A DNA stretch of 64,000 bases from Torpedo marmorata (GCA_977017645.1 OZ360243.1:49662001-49726000), one strand, 5' to 3'. Shown: positions 11,346-24,496, counted from the stretch's first letter. Numbers and translations: made by a program. Notes: generated by a model from the letters alone, not told the origin.

Positions 11346-14117
11346 ATACATTGACTGGTGGCTGGGAAAAGCAGACATCAAGAGATCTGATTTCAATGCA
11401 AGCATAGAAACCCACAGGATTTGTTCTGGAAGCTACAGCAAATCACTTGCCCCAGTTATGCTTTGTGCCTTATTGCTGGAGTTTATTGACATGTTATTGT
11501 GGATATTGGGAGAATTTACAATTACATCTGGGGAAACAGACCTATGTTAGTTTTGTACAAGTTTAAAACAATAGAGACAGAAATCCATTGGAGTGAAGAG
11601 CAAAGCTACTTCAACATGAGCATTTCTGGAGAGAAGTGGCAGTGAAGTGGATGGGAATTGGAAATCTGAAAAAGCTGCAGATAATATTAACATACAGTAC
11701 TATTTACATGACTTATTCAACCAGTGTCCCGGGATCCATTTACTATTCTAACTTATTGAGTTTCTTAATAGTGCTTCCAGTTTTCTTACCAAAGTGTATC
11801 ACTTCACATTACAGTTCATTTATCACTTTACTACCTAATTGCAACTTTTCTTCCTTCATTCATCTAATATTGATGTAATCTATGTTTCAATCATTAACTA
11901 CTTGATACTGGTGCAGGGTTGTAACACTGTATACAGAAAAGTTCACCCAGCTCTTAGATCTTAATCTCTTAGATTGATGTTTGCTCAGTTTCACTTAGTG
12001 CTAATAGTCTTCCTACTCTATTCCATTTCTTCATAATATCTAAACAAATATCTAAGGCCCTATTATTTTCTATTCCATCAAAATCAGCCCCAGATCTTCA
12101 AACCATCCTTTATTTGGACCAAGAAACGTGTTAATGTCCCTGATCTTTGTTGCTTCAATTTCCTTCGTATGGTGTGGAGCCCAAAATTGCACATGATACT
12201 TTAACTCTGGACTAACTTTGTCATTAAATTGGGACTTCTATATTTTAGATGTGATGCCATAACATCTTCTTTTTCATTTTTTTTATTCCTGTAGCAATGG
12301 TGATCTCATCAGGGCTTTTGTAACTGGGGCTTCATTTCTAACCCCTTGCATCTCAGTCCTCCAGATATAAAGATAACATTTTTATTATTTTCTAAAGCTG
12401 TGTGTAACATTTCATTTCTGAGCCAGGGCTCTCCCTATTTGGACACTTCTTTACCTTGACTCTGAAGTTTTATTTAAAAATCTTGTATTCATTGTCTTTG
12501 AGTATTAAATAAATACTTTGTTATATTTATTCTTAATCCAAAGTGTATAACCTCATATTTGTCTACATTGAAATTCATTTCCATAGTTTTGCTTTTCACT
12601 TTGACACAACAATCTAGTTTACAGCTCCATCTATCATTGTGTCATTGACAAACTTGATTTGTGACTTAGTATCCTATTACAAAGTTATTTGTAAGTGTAG
12701 TATCAAAGAAATTTAGTTGTAGTACCAAAGAAATTCCTTGCAAGACATTGCAAATTACATCCTACCAACTTGAGTGCTTGTCTGTTTTCCATAATATCTC
12801 TCCTGATGTTTGTATAAATTCAAACCAGGACCATGAGCTTCAATGTTAGCAAGGAATCTCTAATGAAAAATCTTTTAATATCTTCTGCAAGTTTGTATAA
12901 GTAACATCCACAGACATTATCCTGTCCACTACTTCAATCAACTCTTTTTAAAAATTTCCATTGGATTTGGCAGGCATGACCATAATCTATGTTGGCTTTT
13001 CCAATCTATAAATACACTTTAAGAACCAGGAAAGCTTTGGGAACATTATAATTGGAATATCTGCAATGTTTTCATATCCTTTCCCTAAAGTCCTGCAATA
13101 AAAATTGCATGTCTGGTCTTGGAATTTGTCAACCTTCATTGCCATTATTTTATTCATTGCTGTTATCTTGCTTATGATAATTTTGATAAGTATTCTTTTT
13201 AATGCAAAATCAGGCAGATCATTCAACATTTCTGTTTTCTAAATCATTTGCAGTACTACAGTTATCCATTTTTAAGAAGTCCATATTTTTATTAACATCA
13301 TTGCAAAACAATTTTGTGTTAATTTTCACATCTTTGAGAAATTGTTTTCCATTCTTCAGTTTTTCTATGCAATTCTTCGTCTTCTCTAATTCCATACACA
13401 TTTATTTTCTTTGTCATCCAACAGTTTTCTTTGTACTTTTTTGACGAAAATTGTGTTTCAGGTTATTCCATTTTTTAACCTTTTCATATATGTACATTTT
13501 TGTCAGTAGTCCCTAAAAGTCTTAGTAAGGTTTTGTTTTATTCTCTTTCTTTAGCAAACTTGATGTAGTCTCCTTGTTATTGGTATATATTTGTTCTGCA
13601 ACTTTGCCATTTCCTTTTTTAAAATTATCACATAATCTACAGTCAAATTTGCCAATGTATCCTACCTCATTGCCCTGGATAGCTTCCTCATGACCTGTAA
13701 GATTGTTTCTGCATCCATTGGATCTCTTGTTTTTTTAATTAATTTCTAATTCTATTTGAACTATAATCCATTCAGCTGCAATTAACCCACCAACTTGTAC
13801 CATTACTTACTGCCAGCCACATTTTTATCTAAAAAGTTCCATGAAGATGCCCTTTTTAGGAAGGAGTGTGCAAATACCTTAGTAAATCCTTAATTGTTTT
13901 TTAGCTTTTCATTCTCTGTCCCAGAACAGGTCATTTGGCCCAGCATGTCTGTGCTAACATTTTGTAAGGATCAGTTGATCCCAGTCCTGTGCTTCTGTTC
14001 CTTGCAAATAATTCTATTGTTGCTGCTCATCTCCATGATCTATTCCATTTGCTATTCCATTTGATCACTGCAATGTGGGGTTGTAGTACTGCTGCCCGAA
14101 GGAAACAATCCCTATTC

Positions 14118-14441
14118 CAGTAGAAGTCAAAAAATCCAGATGCCAGAAATCCGGACCACCCGAGAATCCGGACTTTTCAAAAACTCTGAAACTTTTTTAA
14201 TTTAGTGGGTTTTTGTGTGCATGCATGCATAAGTGCCACAGATGCACAGTGGCATTTTTATTTAAAACTGCTCGTTTTGATAAATGAAGCATGCTGTATT
14301 TGCTGATGAATACACTTTCAAAATTTACCTGTTCATCTTTTTATTCCTCCTTAAATTTGAATTTTAAAAATACTGCCCGAGAATCCAGAAAATCCGAACG
14401 GACCCAATCCCCAAGCAGTCCGGATTTTCGAACTTTTACTG
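14118..14441. mobile_element. Tc1/mariner (pogo/Tigger-like) MITE
   Basis: Imperfect TIRs cagtagaagtcaaaaaatcc / ggattttcgaacttttactg followed by TA; subterminal aatccgga repeats. Confidence 0.65.
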
Positions 14442-14759
14442 TAAATATGTGAATCATTGCTTGTGATTACTATTTGTCTTACAGAATGTGTCTTCTGCTT
14501 CAATATTGATAATCCTCTTTTTTTTAATCTATTCTGTCATTCCTAAGGCATTGACTTTGGCTGTCTTCCAGTAGGAAGCTAGAAGAGTAGGACAGAGATT
14601 GCCACTTTAAAATTCTACTACCAAACCTGCTTTATGTATTCCTTTTGAAGTACCTTCCAACTTGTTGGTATATCATCATTAGGTTCCTATCTTTTTGACC
14701 TGCCTTTTTGATAGAGGAGTGACCTAATATTTGTTTATGTTTCTGATCCAGATCCCACC

Positions 14760-14861
14760 ATGTTCAGTCGCTTGTCAGACCTGGCAAAAGGAGTCAACAC
14801 TGTGCTGCAGGACCTTTCTGGGGAAGATGATGGAAATGGGACTAATGCCTCCCAAGAAGCA
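14760..14861 (+). CDS. GOLGB1: giantin coding exon 1
   Basis: ccag|atcccaccATG with good Kozak context; MFSRLSDLAKGVNTVLQDLSGEDDGNGTNASQEA resembles the recalled giantin N-terminus MLSRLSGLANVVLHELSGDDD; donor gtgagt; phase 0. Confidence 0.93.
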
Positions 14862-15962
14862 GTGAGTAACAGATAATTTGGGTTTAGCAATAATGGGTTG
14901 AGAAAGCTGCAGTTCCTGTGACAATCAAGTGTTGGTTATCACCTGATTACTTTCTGCCCCAAATAGTTTCTTTCATTTTAAAGTTCTGTTTCAGGAAGAG
15001 GCTCCTACTACTCTGCCTGTGACATAATTAATTTTGAGTGATATAAAGTGATTGTAATGGAGCATTTATTAATCTCTTTGAGTCAGTTTATGTCAGAATT
15101 AATAGGAATAGATCCAGCTGGGATAAGTCAGATCTGGAAAGAAAGTGAGAAATGGTTTTCAGAGTTATGTTTGAGATGTGTTACCCTGTAGACGGGAAAG
15201 ATGTTGACAAAAATGAACAATATACTCCTTATTCTGTGTTATGTATGCAATACTGTTAATGTGTAAAGATATTATCAAAGTCCATAAATGAATGAGAGGG
15301 TTAGAGCTGAAAGTGCATGTTGATTAAATTTTCATTAAATTTCCTTCTGTTTGGACTTAGTCACGTGCTGACTGAAACAAGAGACTATTTACTTTATAAA
15401 CGTGCAACAAAGGATCAATAGATTGCTAGAATGAAAGGTGATGCAATGAGGAGATGTAAGAAGGGTTATATTCTCTGGGGTTTGGAAGATTGATAAACGA
15501 TTTCATCGAAGCCAGTTTGATAGTCTTGATGCTATGATGCAGTTACTTTCGCTGAAGAGCTTAAAGCTAGAGTCTTGATTTCAAAATAATATATAGTCTA
15601 TCAAGTTTTTTTTTAAACTGAGGGTTGTGAATCTTTTGATTTCTTTATCCCCAAGGCACATGGTTGCTTAATTGATGAATATGTTTAGAAGAGGGCAGAT
15701 TTGGGGCCGCTAAAGGAATCGATAGTTACAACTGGGAAGGTAACACCAAAGTTCAACCGTCGTCTTATTAATGGCAGAGCAAACTCTCTTGAGGCCCATT
15801 TGGCTTACTACTACAACTTGTATATTATTTTCCACTATTTCTCAGTACAGGGCAGTGTTAAAAGGAGTAAAACTGATAAAAATTTTCCAATAGGCTACAC
15901 CCATGTACTGTTGCTAGCCTGATCTATTCCCATGTTTGAAGCTGTGAATTTGTGTTGTGTAG

Positions 15963-16115
15963 GAGAGCAGTCACCAGTCCGAGATGGAGACTAGTGGTGA
16001 GCTATCAGAGGATGTAGTGGAGCGTCTGGCACATACTGAGCAATTGGTCATTCAACTTAAGGAACTTATCCGCGAGAAAGACTTTCAACTTCAGAGTAAA
16101 GAAGATGCATTCAAG
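15963..16115 (+). CDS. GOLGB1: giantin coding exon 2
   Basis: tag|ESSHQSEMETSGELSEDVVERLAHTEQLVIQLKELIREKDFQLQSKEDAFK|gtaaat; 153 nt. Confidence 0.93.
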
Positions 16116-16499
16116 GTAAATTATGATATTTACTTTAGATTTGGTCTGGAATTATAGCCCAAATCCCTTTCAGTATTCTCATGTGCCCGAAGTTTCTCCC
16201 ACTTCACCCTCTGGTAAGTATACCAAACCACTTGTGGTTTTATATTAGTGGTACTATAAAGTATAACAGGAAATTCTGGAAATATTCAGTGGGTCAGGAA
16301 GCATCTGTGGAGGGAGAAAAACAGTTGATGCCTGAGAGTATTCAGGGCACCTGAATACTCCTGAACAAGAGTTTAGGAGTATTTATAGAAAAATTGCAAA
16401 AACCTTCTGTACGAAGAGAATTGGGAGTCTTCATGCATGAGACACAAAAATCTAGCACACCGACGGAGTAGATAAAAGGGAAGAGGAGAGTACAACTTA

Positions 16500-16748
16500 A
16501 CTGCCCCCCTAAACTCACATTCCACCTTAAGCAATCCCAATGCCATAAGTGCTCTGTGATTAGTAAGGGATTGCTTAAGGTGGTATGTGAGTGGGAAGGG
16601 AAGGTTGAGAACCACTGCTCGAGACCCAATTGTTACTGAAATATTTTGCTTGAGAAAAATTGTCATTTTGGTTTATTTCCTTTGGAGTTATGAAACCGTG
16701 CACATAACGGGTCAATTAGGTACGATTAAAACTGTGGTTTTCAAACTT
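16500..16748. mobile_element. partial copy of the composite hAT MITE
   Basis: One hairpin unit, the same spacer as 55636-55747, and the start of a second TIR (tgtggttttcaaactt). Confidence 0.8.
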
Positions 16749-16877
16749 CATATAAGGATGGGTATTATTTCATTAGAGGTGGTTGTGAGAACTTTTACTG
16801 GTATTGAATAGTTGTCTTAGGAGAAGGGTTGAATCAGATTGGGACTCCACTTATTGAAATTTAAAAAAATGAGAGGT

Positions 16878-17130
16878 AGGGTGGCATGGTTAGTGCAGTG
16901 GGTAGCACAATGCTATTACAGCGCCAGCGACCCGGGTTCGAATTAGGGTCTGTCTGTAAGGAGTTTGTACGTTCTCTCTATGTCTGCTTGGGGTTCCTCC
17001 CACATTCCAAAAACATACGGGATAACTAGGATAATTGGTTACATGGGTGTATTTGAGTGGCGTGGGCTGGAAGGACCTGTTACCGTGTTGTATCTCTAAA
17101 TTTAAAATTTAAATTAAATTTAAAAAAATT
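16878..17130 (+). mobile_element. V-SINE, diverged
   Basis: ttacagcgccagcgacccgggttcgaat..gtctgtaaggagtttgtacgttctc..cctgttaccgtgttgtatctctaaattt. Confidence 0.85.
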
Positions 17131-17565
17131 AAAATCTTGTTCGAAATATTGGATTCCTGAGGGCCTGCTCTCAGAATAAGGGGTCCTTGATTTAAGACTG
17201 AGGAGGTAGAATTTCTTCTTTTGCAAGTCTTTAGAGTTATTTGAAGCCCCTAGTTTCAGGTTCGCCCACAAGCAGAAACTTGTTTTCTCAGTCTAATATG
17301 TTGAAGAATATTTTTAAGTACCTCTATCAGATTATTTTTGTCATCTGATAGCAGAATTAAAATGATTATATCTTTACAAATCTTCTTTTCATATTAATTA
17401 GAGCATTTAGGAAAATAATACCTTTTTTTATCATAGATAATAGAACCTTCCACAATAGCCAAGTGTACATTAGAGCTGAACTCTCCCCACCCTTCCTACA
17501 TAAAATATACATCACTGACCATAGCTATATGATTTGATAACAGTGAATGTGGAATTGTTTCACAG

Positions 17566-17718
17566 CAGGAGAAAGAGCTCTGTGATGCCAGATTGTCAAA
17601 ACTAAAACTACAGGCGAAAGCAAAGGTTGCGTCATTGAATGCCCGGATTGAGGAGCTGCAGAAACAGGCATTGCCCTCGACGTTATCACAACCAGCAAGG
17701 ACAGAGGAGTTTTCTGAG
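17566..17718 (+). CDS. GOLGB1: giantin coding exon 3 (NAGNAG acceptor)
   Basis: cacag|QEKELCDARLSKLKLQAKAKVASLNARIEELQKQALPSTLSQPARTEEFSE|gtaagg; 153 nt. Confidence 0.92.
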
Positions 17719-18042
17719 GTAAGGAGGCAGATTTGCTTGTGTGTTATTTGTTTGATTTTAAGAATGTATTGTAGAGGCTCGATCAATGCAGCTTTACACT
17801 TGTGCACGAGGAATTAGTGGAACGTGAATTAGTGGAACATGATCAGCATAAATGTTTTGGGGTTTCTCTGCTTTTTTTACTCAAAACATCATACATATTT
17901 TTTTAAGAATGTGACTTCTTGGGGGGTCACGTGATGCGGAGATAAGGAGAAGACACGGACCCAAGGGCTCCCTGAAAGATCGATATTTAAAGCCATTTAG
18001 AACAGTCAGTTTAGCATTAAATACATAAATATCTCTTCAAAT

Positions 18043-18981
18043 ATGGGAAAGAAGACAAAACACCAAGTTTCTGCGGAAGAAGAAGCCTCCAGGTCGCCGA
18101 TATCAACAGGTGATTCTCCTCGTGGGAGCGGCGGTTTGGGAACCTCCATTATGACGCCGGCGCTGGAAGAGGTGAGTGGGGCCCCAGAGCCCACGTCGCG
18201 GGATATCCTACACACAGTGCAGGCTCTAACCGGCAAGATTACTGGGCTCGAAGCCAATTTTACTGGGCTCGACACCAAGATTGCTGGGCTCGACGCCAAG
18301 TTTGGAGAGCTCACAGCTGGGATCAGAGAGCTGAAGAACTCCTTTGGAGCTTTAACCTCCCGAGTGGGGGAGGTTGAAGATAAAATGGAGGACGTCCAGG
18401 AGAGGCTAGAAAATCAGGAAAATAATATCGATGCATGGAGAGTGGAGAGAGACAATATTTTGGAGAAGCTTCATAGGCTGGAGAACTTCAGCAGGAGGAA
18501 TAATATCAGGATAATTGGGCTGAAGGAGGGGAAAGATCCAGTGGGTTTTTTTGAAAGGTGGATCCCAAAGATCCTGGGCCAGGAAAACTTTAAAAAAACT
18601 TTATTCATAGAAAGGGCCCACCGGACCCTCGGACCCCGACCAGACCCAGGCCAACGACCAAGACCAGTCCTGGTGCGTTTGCTCAACTACCAGAACCGGG
18701 AGAGGATCCTGCGCGCGGCAACCGCACGTGCGAGAGAAAATGGCGGGCCCATTGATCCAGAGGGGGAGAAGGTACTTTTCTTCCCAGACCTCAGTGCGGC
18801 CTTGGTGAAGCGTCAGAGGGCGTTCGACACAGTGAAGCAGCAGCTGAGAGCGAAGGGGATCCCATATGCGCTACTCCACCCCGCGACGCTGAGGCTCGAC
18901 ACACCAGAACGAGGCAGAAAGTTCTTTGGGATGCCCCGGGAGGCTGCGGACTTTGTTCGAGACCTCCCGGGGAGATCATAA
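18043..18981 (+). CDS. L1 ORF1p (coiled coil and RRM-like RNA-binding protein), open 312 aa
   Basis: LENFSRRNNIRIIGLKEG, IERAHR, PRPVLVRLL, FFPDLS and LLHPATLRL motifs typical of L1 ORF1p. Confidence 0.9.
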   Translation: MGKKTKHQVSAEEEASRSPISTGDSPRGSGGLGTSIMTPALEEVSGAPEPTSRDILHTVQALTGKITGLEANFTGLDTKIAGLDAKFGELTAGIRELKNSFGALTSRVGEVEDKMEDVQERLENQENNIDAWRVERDNILEKLHRLENFSRRNNIRIIGLKEGKDPVGFFERWIPKILGQENFKKTLFIERAHRTLGPRPDPGQRPRPVLVRLLNYQNRERILRAATARARENGGPIDPEGEKVLFFPDLSAALVKRQRAFDTVKQQLRAKGIPYALLHPATLRLDTPERGRKFFGMPREAADFVRDLPGRS

Positions 18982-19459
18982 GGTTTGGAGAAAGGAACGA
19001 GGAGGAAAGAAGGACTTTGATTGAACTTAAAGTGGGACGCTGGTTAAGAGGGATGGTTTTGTTTTCTGTAATAGTATCGTTATACTGAGTTGTGTTATAT
19101 TGTGTAAATAATGATTTTTAAGGTTAATAATATAAAGAGGCAAAGAGCCCGGGGGGAGTTGGGTGGTACGAAGTTGGCTGGTTAGCTAGTTAATTAAGTA
19201 TGCCAAAGAGGGCACTAAGTGCACCCCGTCTTGAGGGGGTTGATGGCGCCAAAGGAGTGGGTGTTGTTGTTGGTGCTGGAGCAAGGGGAAGGGACATTTT
19301 TTTAATCTGCGGTTTTTTTTCGCGGGCATTTGGGTTTTTTTTTAGCGTCATCGTCAGTGCTGAACAGATATATATGTTATTGTAAAAAGGGACAGACACA
19401 CCATAGAAAAAATATACAAAGGGGCTATAAAAATGGGATGGAACTGTACATATATTCAA

Positions 19460-22400
19460 ATGAGTAAGACTATAAAATTTCTTAGTTTTAATGTTAATGG
19501 ATTGAACGGACCCATAAAGAGGAAAAAAGTCTTGGCACACCGTAAAAAGCTTCAGGCGGATATAGTTTTTTTACAGGAATCGCATCTTGCATAGCAAATT
19601 AAAAAGAGGTTGGGTGGGACAGATAGCTGCATCTTCTTTTAACTCCAAAGCTAGGGGGGTAGCTATCTTAATAAATAAAAATGTTCCGGTGGTGGGTGGG
19701 GACATGGTTGTTAACTCGGCAGGAAGATATGTGATGGTACATTGTCAGATTTACTCAGAACCCTGGACACTCTTGAATCTTTACGCACCAAATTTTGACG
19801 ACGAGTCATTTATGCAGAATATATTTTTGAGAGTGACAGGAGGACGACAAAACGTTTTGATTGGTGGGGATTTTAACTTCTGTCTGGATCCCATTTTGGA
19901 TAAATCGGCAGACAGTTAAGAAAACCAGGGCGGCTAAAACAACCTTGGCTTTCATGAAAGATTTAAACCTAATAGATGTATGGAGACAGTTGCACCCCAA
20001 GCTCGAGACTACTCCTTTTATTCAAAGCCCCATGATTCTTACACCAGAATTGACTATTTCCTGATGTCTGCACAATTAGAAGGCAGAGTGATTGAATCGG
20101 AATATCAAGCCAGACTTCTATCGGACCACGCGCCCTTGATTTTGTCTATGGTAATGCCAGATAAAGAAGCTAATGTGTACAGATGGCGTCTTAATTCTAC
20201 GCTGTTGAAAAGACCAGATTTCTGTGGTTTTATAAGGGGTCAGATAAGTTTGTTTTGCGAAACAAACTGCCCCTCTACTAATAATAGTTTTCTAATATGG
20301 GATACATTGAAGGCGTATCTTTTAAAAATATTTTATTTAAAATTTTAAATCACAAAATACATAAGGTAAAATATAAAATTATCAAAATACTTGTGATACA
20401 TTTTCACCCCCCCTCCCGCCCTCCCCTCCCATCCCTACTAATCTAATAAAATAAAATAAAAAAGAAAAAAATAAAATAAAAAGAAAGAAAAAGATAGAGT
20501 AAGGAGAATGTCAATCTAAAAAATAATCTATAAACTAATTCTATTGTGGAGGTTAGGGTCGCCAGTAGATCCGATGTCCAGAGATCTTCAAATCCTTAAA
20601 CCGACAGCTTTCATATATGGGCTCCAAATTTTAAAGAAGAAATTATACTTATTACGTAAATTATAAGTAATTTTTTCAAGTGGTATACATGAACGAAGTT
20701 CTGCATGCCATCTTTCTAACCCTAAATCTACATCAGATTTCCATGTAATAGCAATGCATTTCTTAGAAACAGCTAAAGCAATTCATAAAAATTCTATTTG
20801 ATACATATTTAATTTCATCTTAATACTAACTTTTTTGATATCTCCAAACAAAAATATCATAGGATCCATTGGGAATGTAATCTTTAATACTTTATCTAAA
20901 AATTTTTAACTTTCAACCAAAAATCATAAACTTTTGGACAAAACCATGTAGAATGTACGAAAGAACCTTCCTCTTTATTACATCTAAAACATAAACCTGA
21001 TAATGTCGGATTAAATTTCTTTAATTTTTTAGGTGTTAAATATAATTGATGAAAAAAATTGTATTGTACTAATCTATACCTAACATTGATAATCTTCGTC
21101 ATACTTAGTTTACATAATTCTTTCCAATGATCTTCATCTATTGTTACATTCAAATCTGATTGCCATTTTAATCTTGATTTATGAATTCCTACTTTAGGAA
21201 TTTTTCTCTGAAACAATCTATACATTTGAGAAATAAATTTATTTACATCTCCTTTAGTAACTAATAATTCTAATTCATTCTGTCTTGGTAAGATCAAACT
21301 ATAACCTAAATTGGAAAAGGAATACCAACAGTCGGGATCAAAAGATAAATATCAAACTTTGGTAAATAAGAAACTTAAATATAATACTTTACAAACATAC
21401 AAAATGGAGAAGGACATTTTAAGATCTAAGCAGAAATACTATGAATTAGGGGAAAGAGCACATAAGGTTTTGTCTTGGCAATTGAGGACAGAGGAGACTT
21501 CGAGGACAATTAATGCAGTTCAGTCGGGACCGGATAAGATATCGTTGCAATCCAAAATAGATCAATGACACTTTTAAACAGTTTTATGCAAAATTGTATG
21601 AGTCAGAGTCGCCAAGTGACTCCACTACAATAGATGAGTTGCTGTCCACGATTCAATTGCCAAGGTTGGACCAGGAGGATCAGATGGAATTAGGTGCCCC
21701 ATTCTCCGAAGAGGAGATTGAAAAAGCCTTGGGTTCTCTACAGGCGAATAAATCGCCGGGAGAAGATGGTTTCCCACCTGAGTTCTACAGAGAGTTTAAG
21801 GATCTTTTGATGCCTCTTATTATGAATGTAGTTAACCAGGCGGCGGAAACACGGACTCTCCCGGAATCCTTTTCAACAGCTATTATTACGGTTATACCAA
21901 AGAAAAATAGAGACCCATTAAAACCTGCTTCATACAGACCCATTTCATTATTAAATGCGGACTACAAAATAATAGCCAAGGCATTGGCTAATAGATTGGG
22001 TCAATATTTACCAAAATTGATAAATTCGGACCAAGTCGGCTTTATTAAGAAGAGACACTCGGCCAACAATTTGGGCAGACTATTGAGTATTATACATTTG
22101 GCACAATCAAAGGCAGACCCAAGTATAGCCGTGTCTTTGGATGTGGAAAAAGCTTTCGATAGGTTGGAATGGCCTTTCTTATTTAAAGTACTGGAGAAAT
22201 TTGGATTGGGAGAATCATTTATTAATTGGGTAAGAACGCTCTATTACAAACCTCGGGCCAAGATCATTACGAATGGCCAGATATCGTCGACATTCCCCTT
22301 AAGTAGGTCTTGCAGACAGGGTTGTCCACTGTCTCCAGGTCTTTTTATCTTGGCAATTGAGCCACTGGCAGAATCTATTAGGTGGGACCCAGACATAAAA

Positions 22401-24038
22401 GGATTCAGGGTGGACCAGGTGGAACATAAAATTAATTTATTTGCAGATGATGTGTTGTTGTATTTGACAGACCCTGCCGAGTCCTTGGCCAGGTTGCAGA
22501 CCACACTGGAAGATTACGGCATGATTTCGGGTTACAAAATCAATTTAGAAAAAAGTGAGATCATGCCATTGACAAAATTTGATTACGGGGAATATCAACA
22601 AAAGAGTCGCTTTAAGTGGCAACCAAAGGGTATTAAATATTTGGGAATAATGATTGACAATGATTTGCAACATTTGTATAGACTTAACTACCTCCCTTTG
22701 CTTGGAAAGATTGAAGACAATTTACTTAGGTGGAGGGACCTGCCCATTACTCTAGTGGGCAGGGTGAACTGCATTAAAATGAAGGTGATGCCGAGACTTC
22801 AATACCTCTTTCAGTCCTTGCCAATCCCATTGCCGCGGGTCTTTTTTAAAGCACTTAAACGGACATGTAAGGCAATTTATCTGGAGTGGTAAGGTCTCCA
22901 GAATTTCCATGGAGAAGCTGACATGGGATTACAATTTGGGGGGGTTTGCGATTACCAGATTTTAAGAAATATTATTTAGCAGCTCAGTCGAGGTTTCTTT
23001 CATCCTTTTTCGAGGGGGACGATCCCCCCTCATGGGTCCAAATTGGACTACACACCATAGGAGAGAAAATAGAGAAGGACTTTATCTACAAATGGAACAC
23101 CAAATTAACATCTAGTCGAACGGACAATCCCATTCTAAAACATATGATTAAGATTTGGCAGGAAATCATTGAATGTACTGGAGGAAAGGTGGAAATAGCA
23201 CCAAAGGCACCTTTAATCCAAAACGAAACTATACCCATGGCTTTGGGTAACAAAATTTTAAACATTTGGCACCAGAAGGGAATCCGGTATATTGAAGATT
23301 GTTATGAGAAAGGACAATTTATGTCTTTTGAGCAATTGAAGAGTAAATATGATTTGTCTAATGGAACCTTCTACTGTTTTCTTCAACTAAGGTCCTTCTT
23401 GAGGGATAGATGGGGTCCTACAATGACCCCACCTAGGTGTAATGAAATGGAAAAGTTGCTTCGATTGGGAAATGCACCTAAATTCCTATCTAGAATGTAT
23501 TTCGTACTCCAAAGTGAAAGCCCTAAGCCGGGCCTACAAAGATCGAGAGAGAGGTGGGAGTCGGACTTGGGACAACAATTCACGAACGATGCTGGTCAGA
23601 CTGGTGTTTAGATAGCATGACAGCAGTCATTAATGCCAGATATAGGCTGGTTGAATATAATTTCCTACACCAATTGTATCTCACACCACAAAAACTACAC
23701 AAGTCAAAACCAGAGATATCAGAAATGTGTTTCAGGTGTGGGATAGAAATTGGATCCTTTTTACACTCCACCTGGTCATGTGCAAAGGTAAGGCCCTTTT
23801 GGCATGATTTGGCTAACGTACTAACTAGGATTACGGGAGTCGCCTTCCCACTAGACCCGGAGTTGTATCTTTTAGGAAACCTCATGGACATGAGCAACAG
23901 ATTATCTAAATTCCAAATTCAATTTGTAAAAGTTGCTCTTTTCGTAGCAAAAAAATGCATTGCAGTTACTTGGAAGACCGACTTCCCCCCTTCTCATCAC
24001 TCGATGGTCTACGGAAATGTACAGCTGTATCCCCATGG
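19460..24038 (+). pseudogene. L1 ORF2 (endonuclease-RT), frameshifted and interrupted
   Basis: Pieces in different frames: 19460-, 19587-, 19980-, 21311-, 21594-22892, 22946-, 23554-. Confidence 0.9.
20320..21310 (-). mobile_element. 3' fragment of a second, AT-rich L1 subfamily inserted antisense into ORF2
   Basis: RYRLVQYNFFHQLYLTP..CFRC..HSTWFCPKV is homologous to, but different from, the host 23640-23800; minus-strand aataaa and A-rich tail at about 20320-20340. Confidence 0.88.
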
Positions 24039-24496
24039 CATCTTATACAAATTAAATATCCTGCAGAAGAAATTTTAATTTGTAACTAAGCTGTGGTGCA
24101 CCTGCCCAGGAATATTGATTAAGAGCTGTAGTCTGCCCTTAGTGTTTGATGGGTCACTGGGAAGGGATTGTTACTTGATATCTATCCTCTGCTATGCAAG
24201 TACCTTAATGCAGTTTTATGCAATATTGAGCTCATTGTATAAGATGCCATTCTCTTATGTATCATTTTACCAGACATCATTACCTGAGTGAAAAGCCTAG
24301 TTATCTGCTGTGATAGAGGTAGTCATTGCCTATATCCTGTAGAAAACTAGATTGGAATTCTCAAAGGAAATTTCACTTAATAGGCCTACTCTCCAGGAGT
24401 TTTCTGCCTTTTTAGAATTTATGTCAAGAAATTCTGTTAACTTATTGTGGTGTTCATTTGGGTTGACTTATTTTTCCTCTTAAACTACTTTGATAG

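Larger units (their letters stand above)
17921..24038 (+). mobile_element. L1-clade LINE, 5'-complete, ORF2 disrupted, 3' end missing
   Basis: G-run 5' end after tttt/aa; ORF1; APE endonuclease (from ATG 19460: FLSFNVNGLN, FLQESH, IGGDFN, RIDYFL, SDH); RT (YRPISLLNADYK, RQGCPLSP, LFADDVLL); Cys-rich C-terminus; several frameshifts. Confidence 0.93.

Noticed and set aside
20320-21310. Twin-priming inversion of the host L1
   Set aside because: The host keeps its own copy of this region at about 23500-24038, and the two differ substantially
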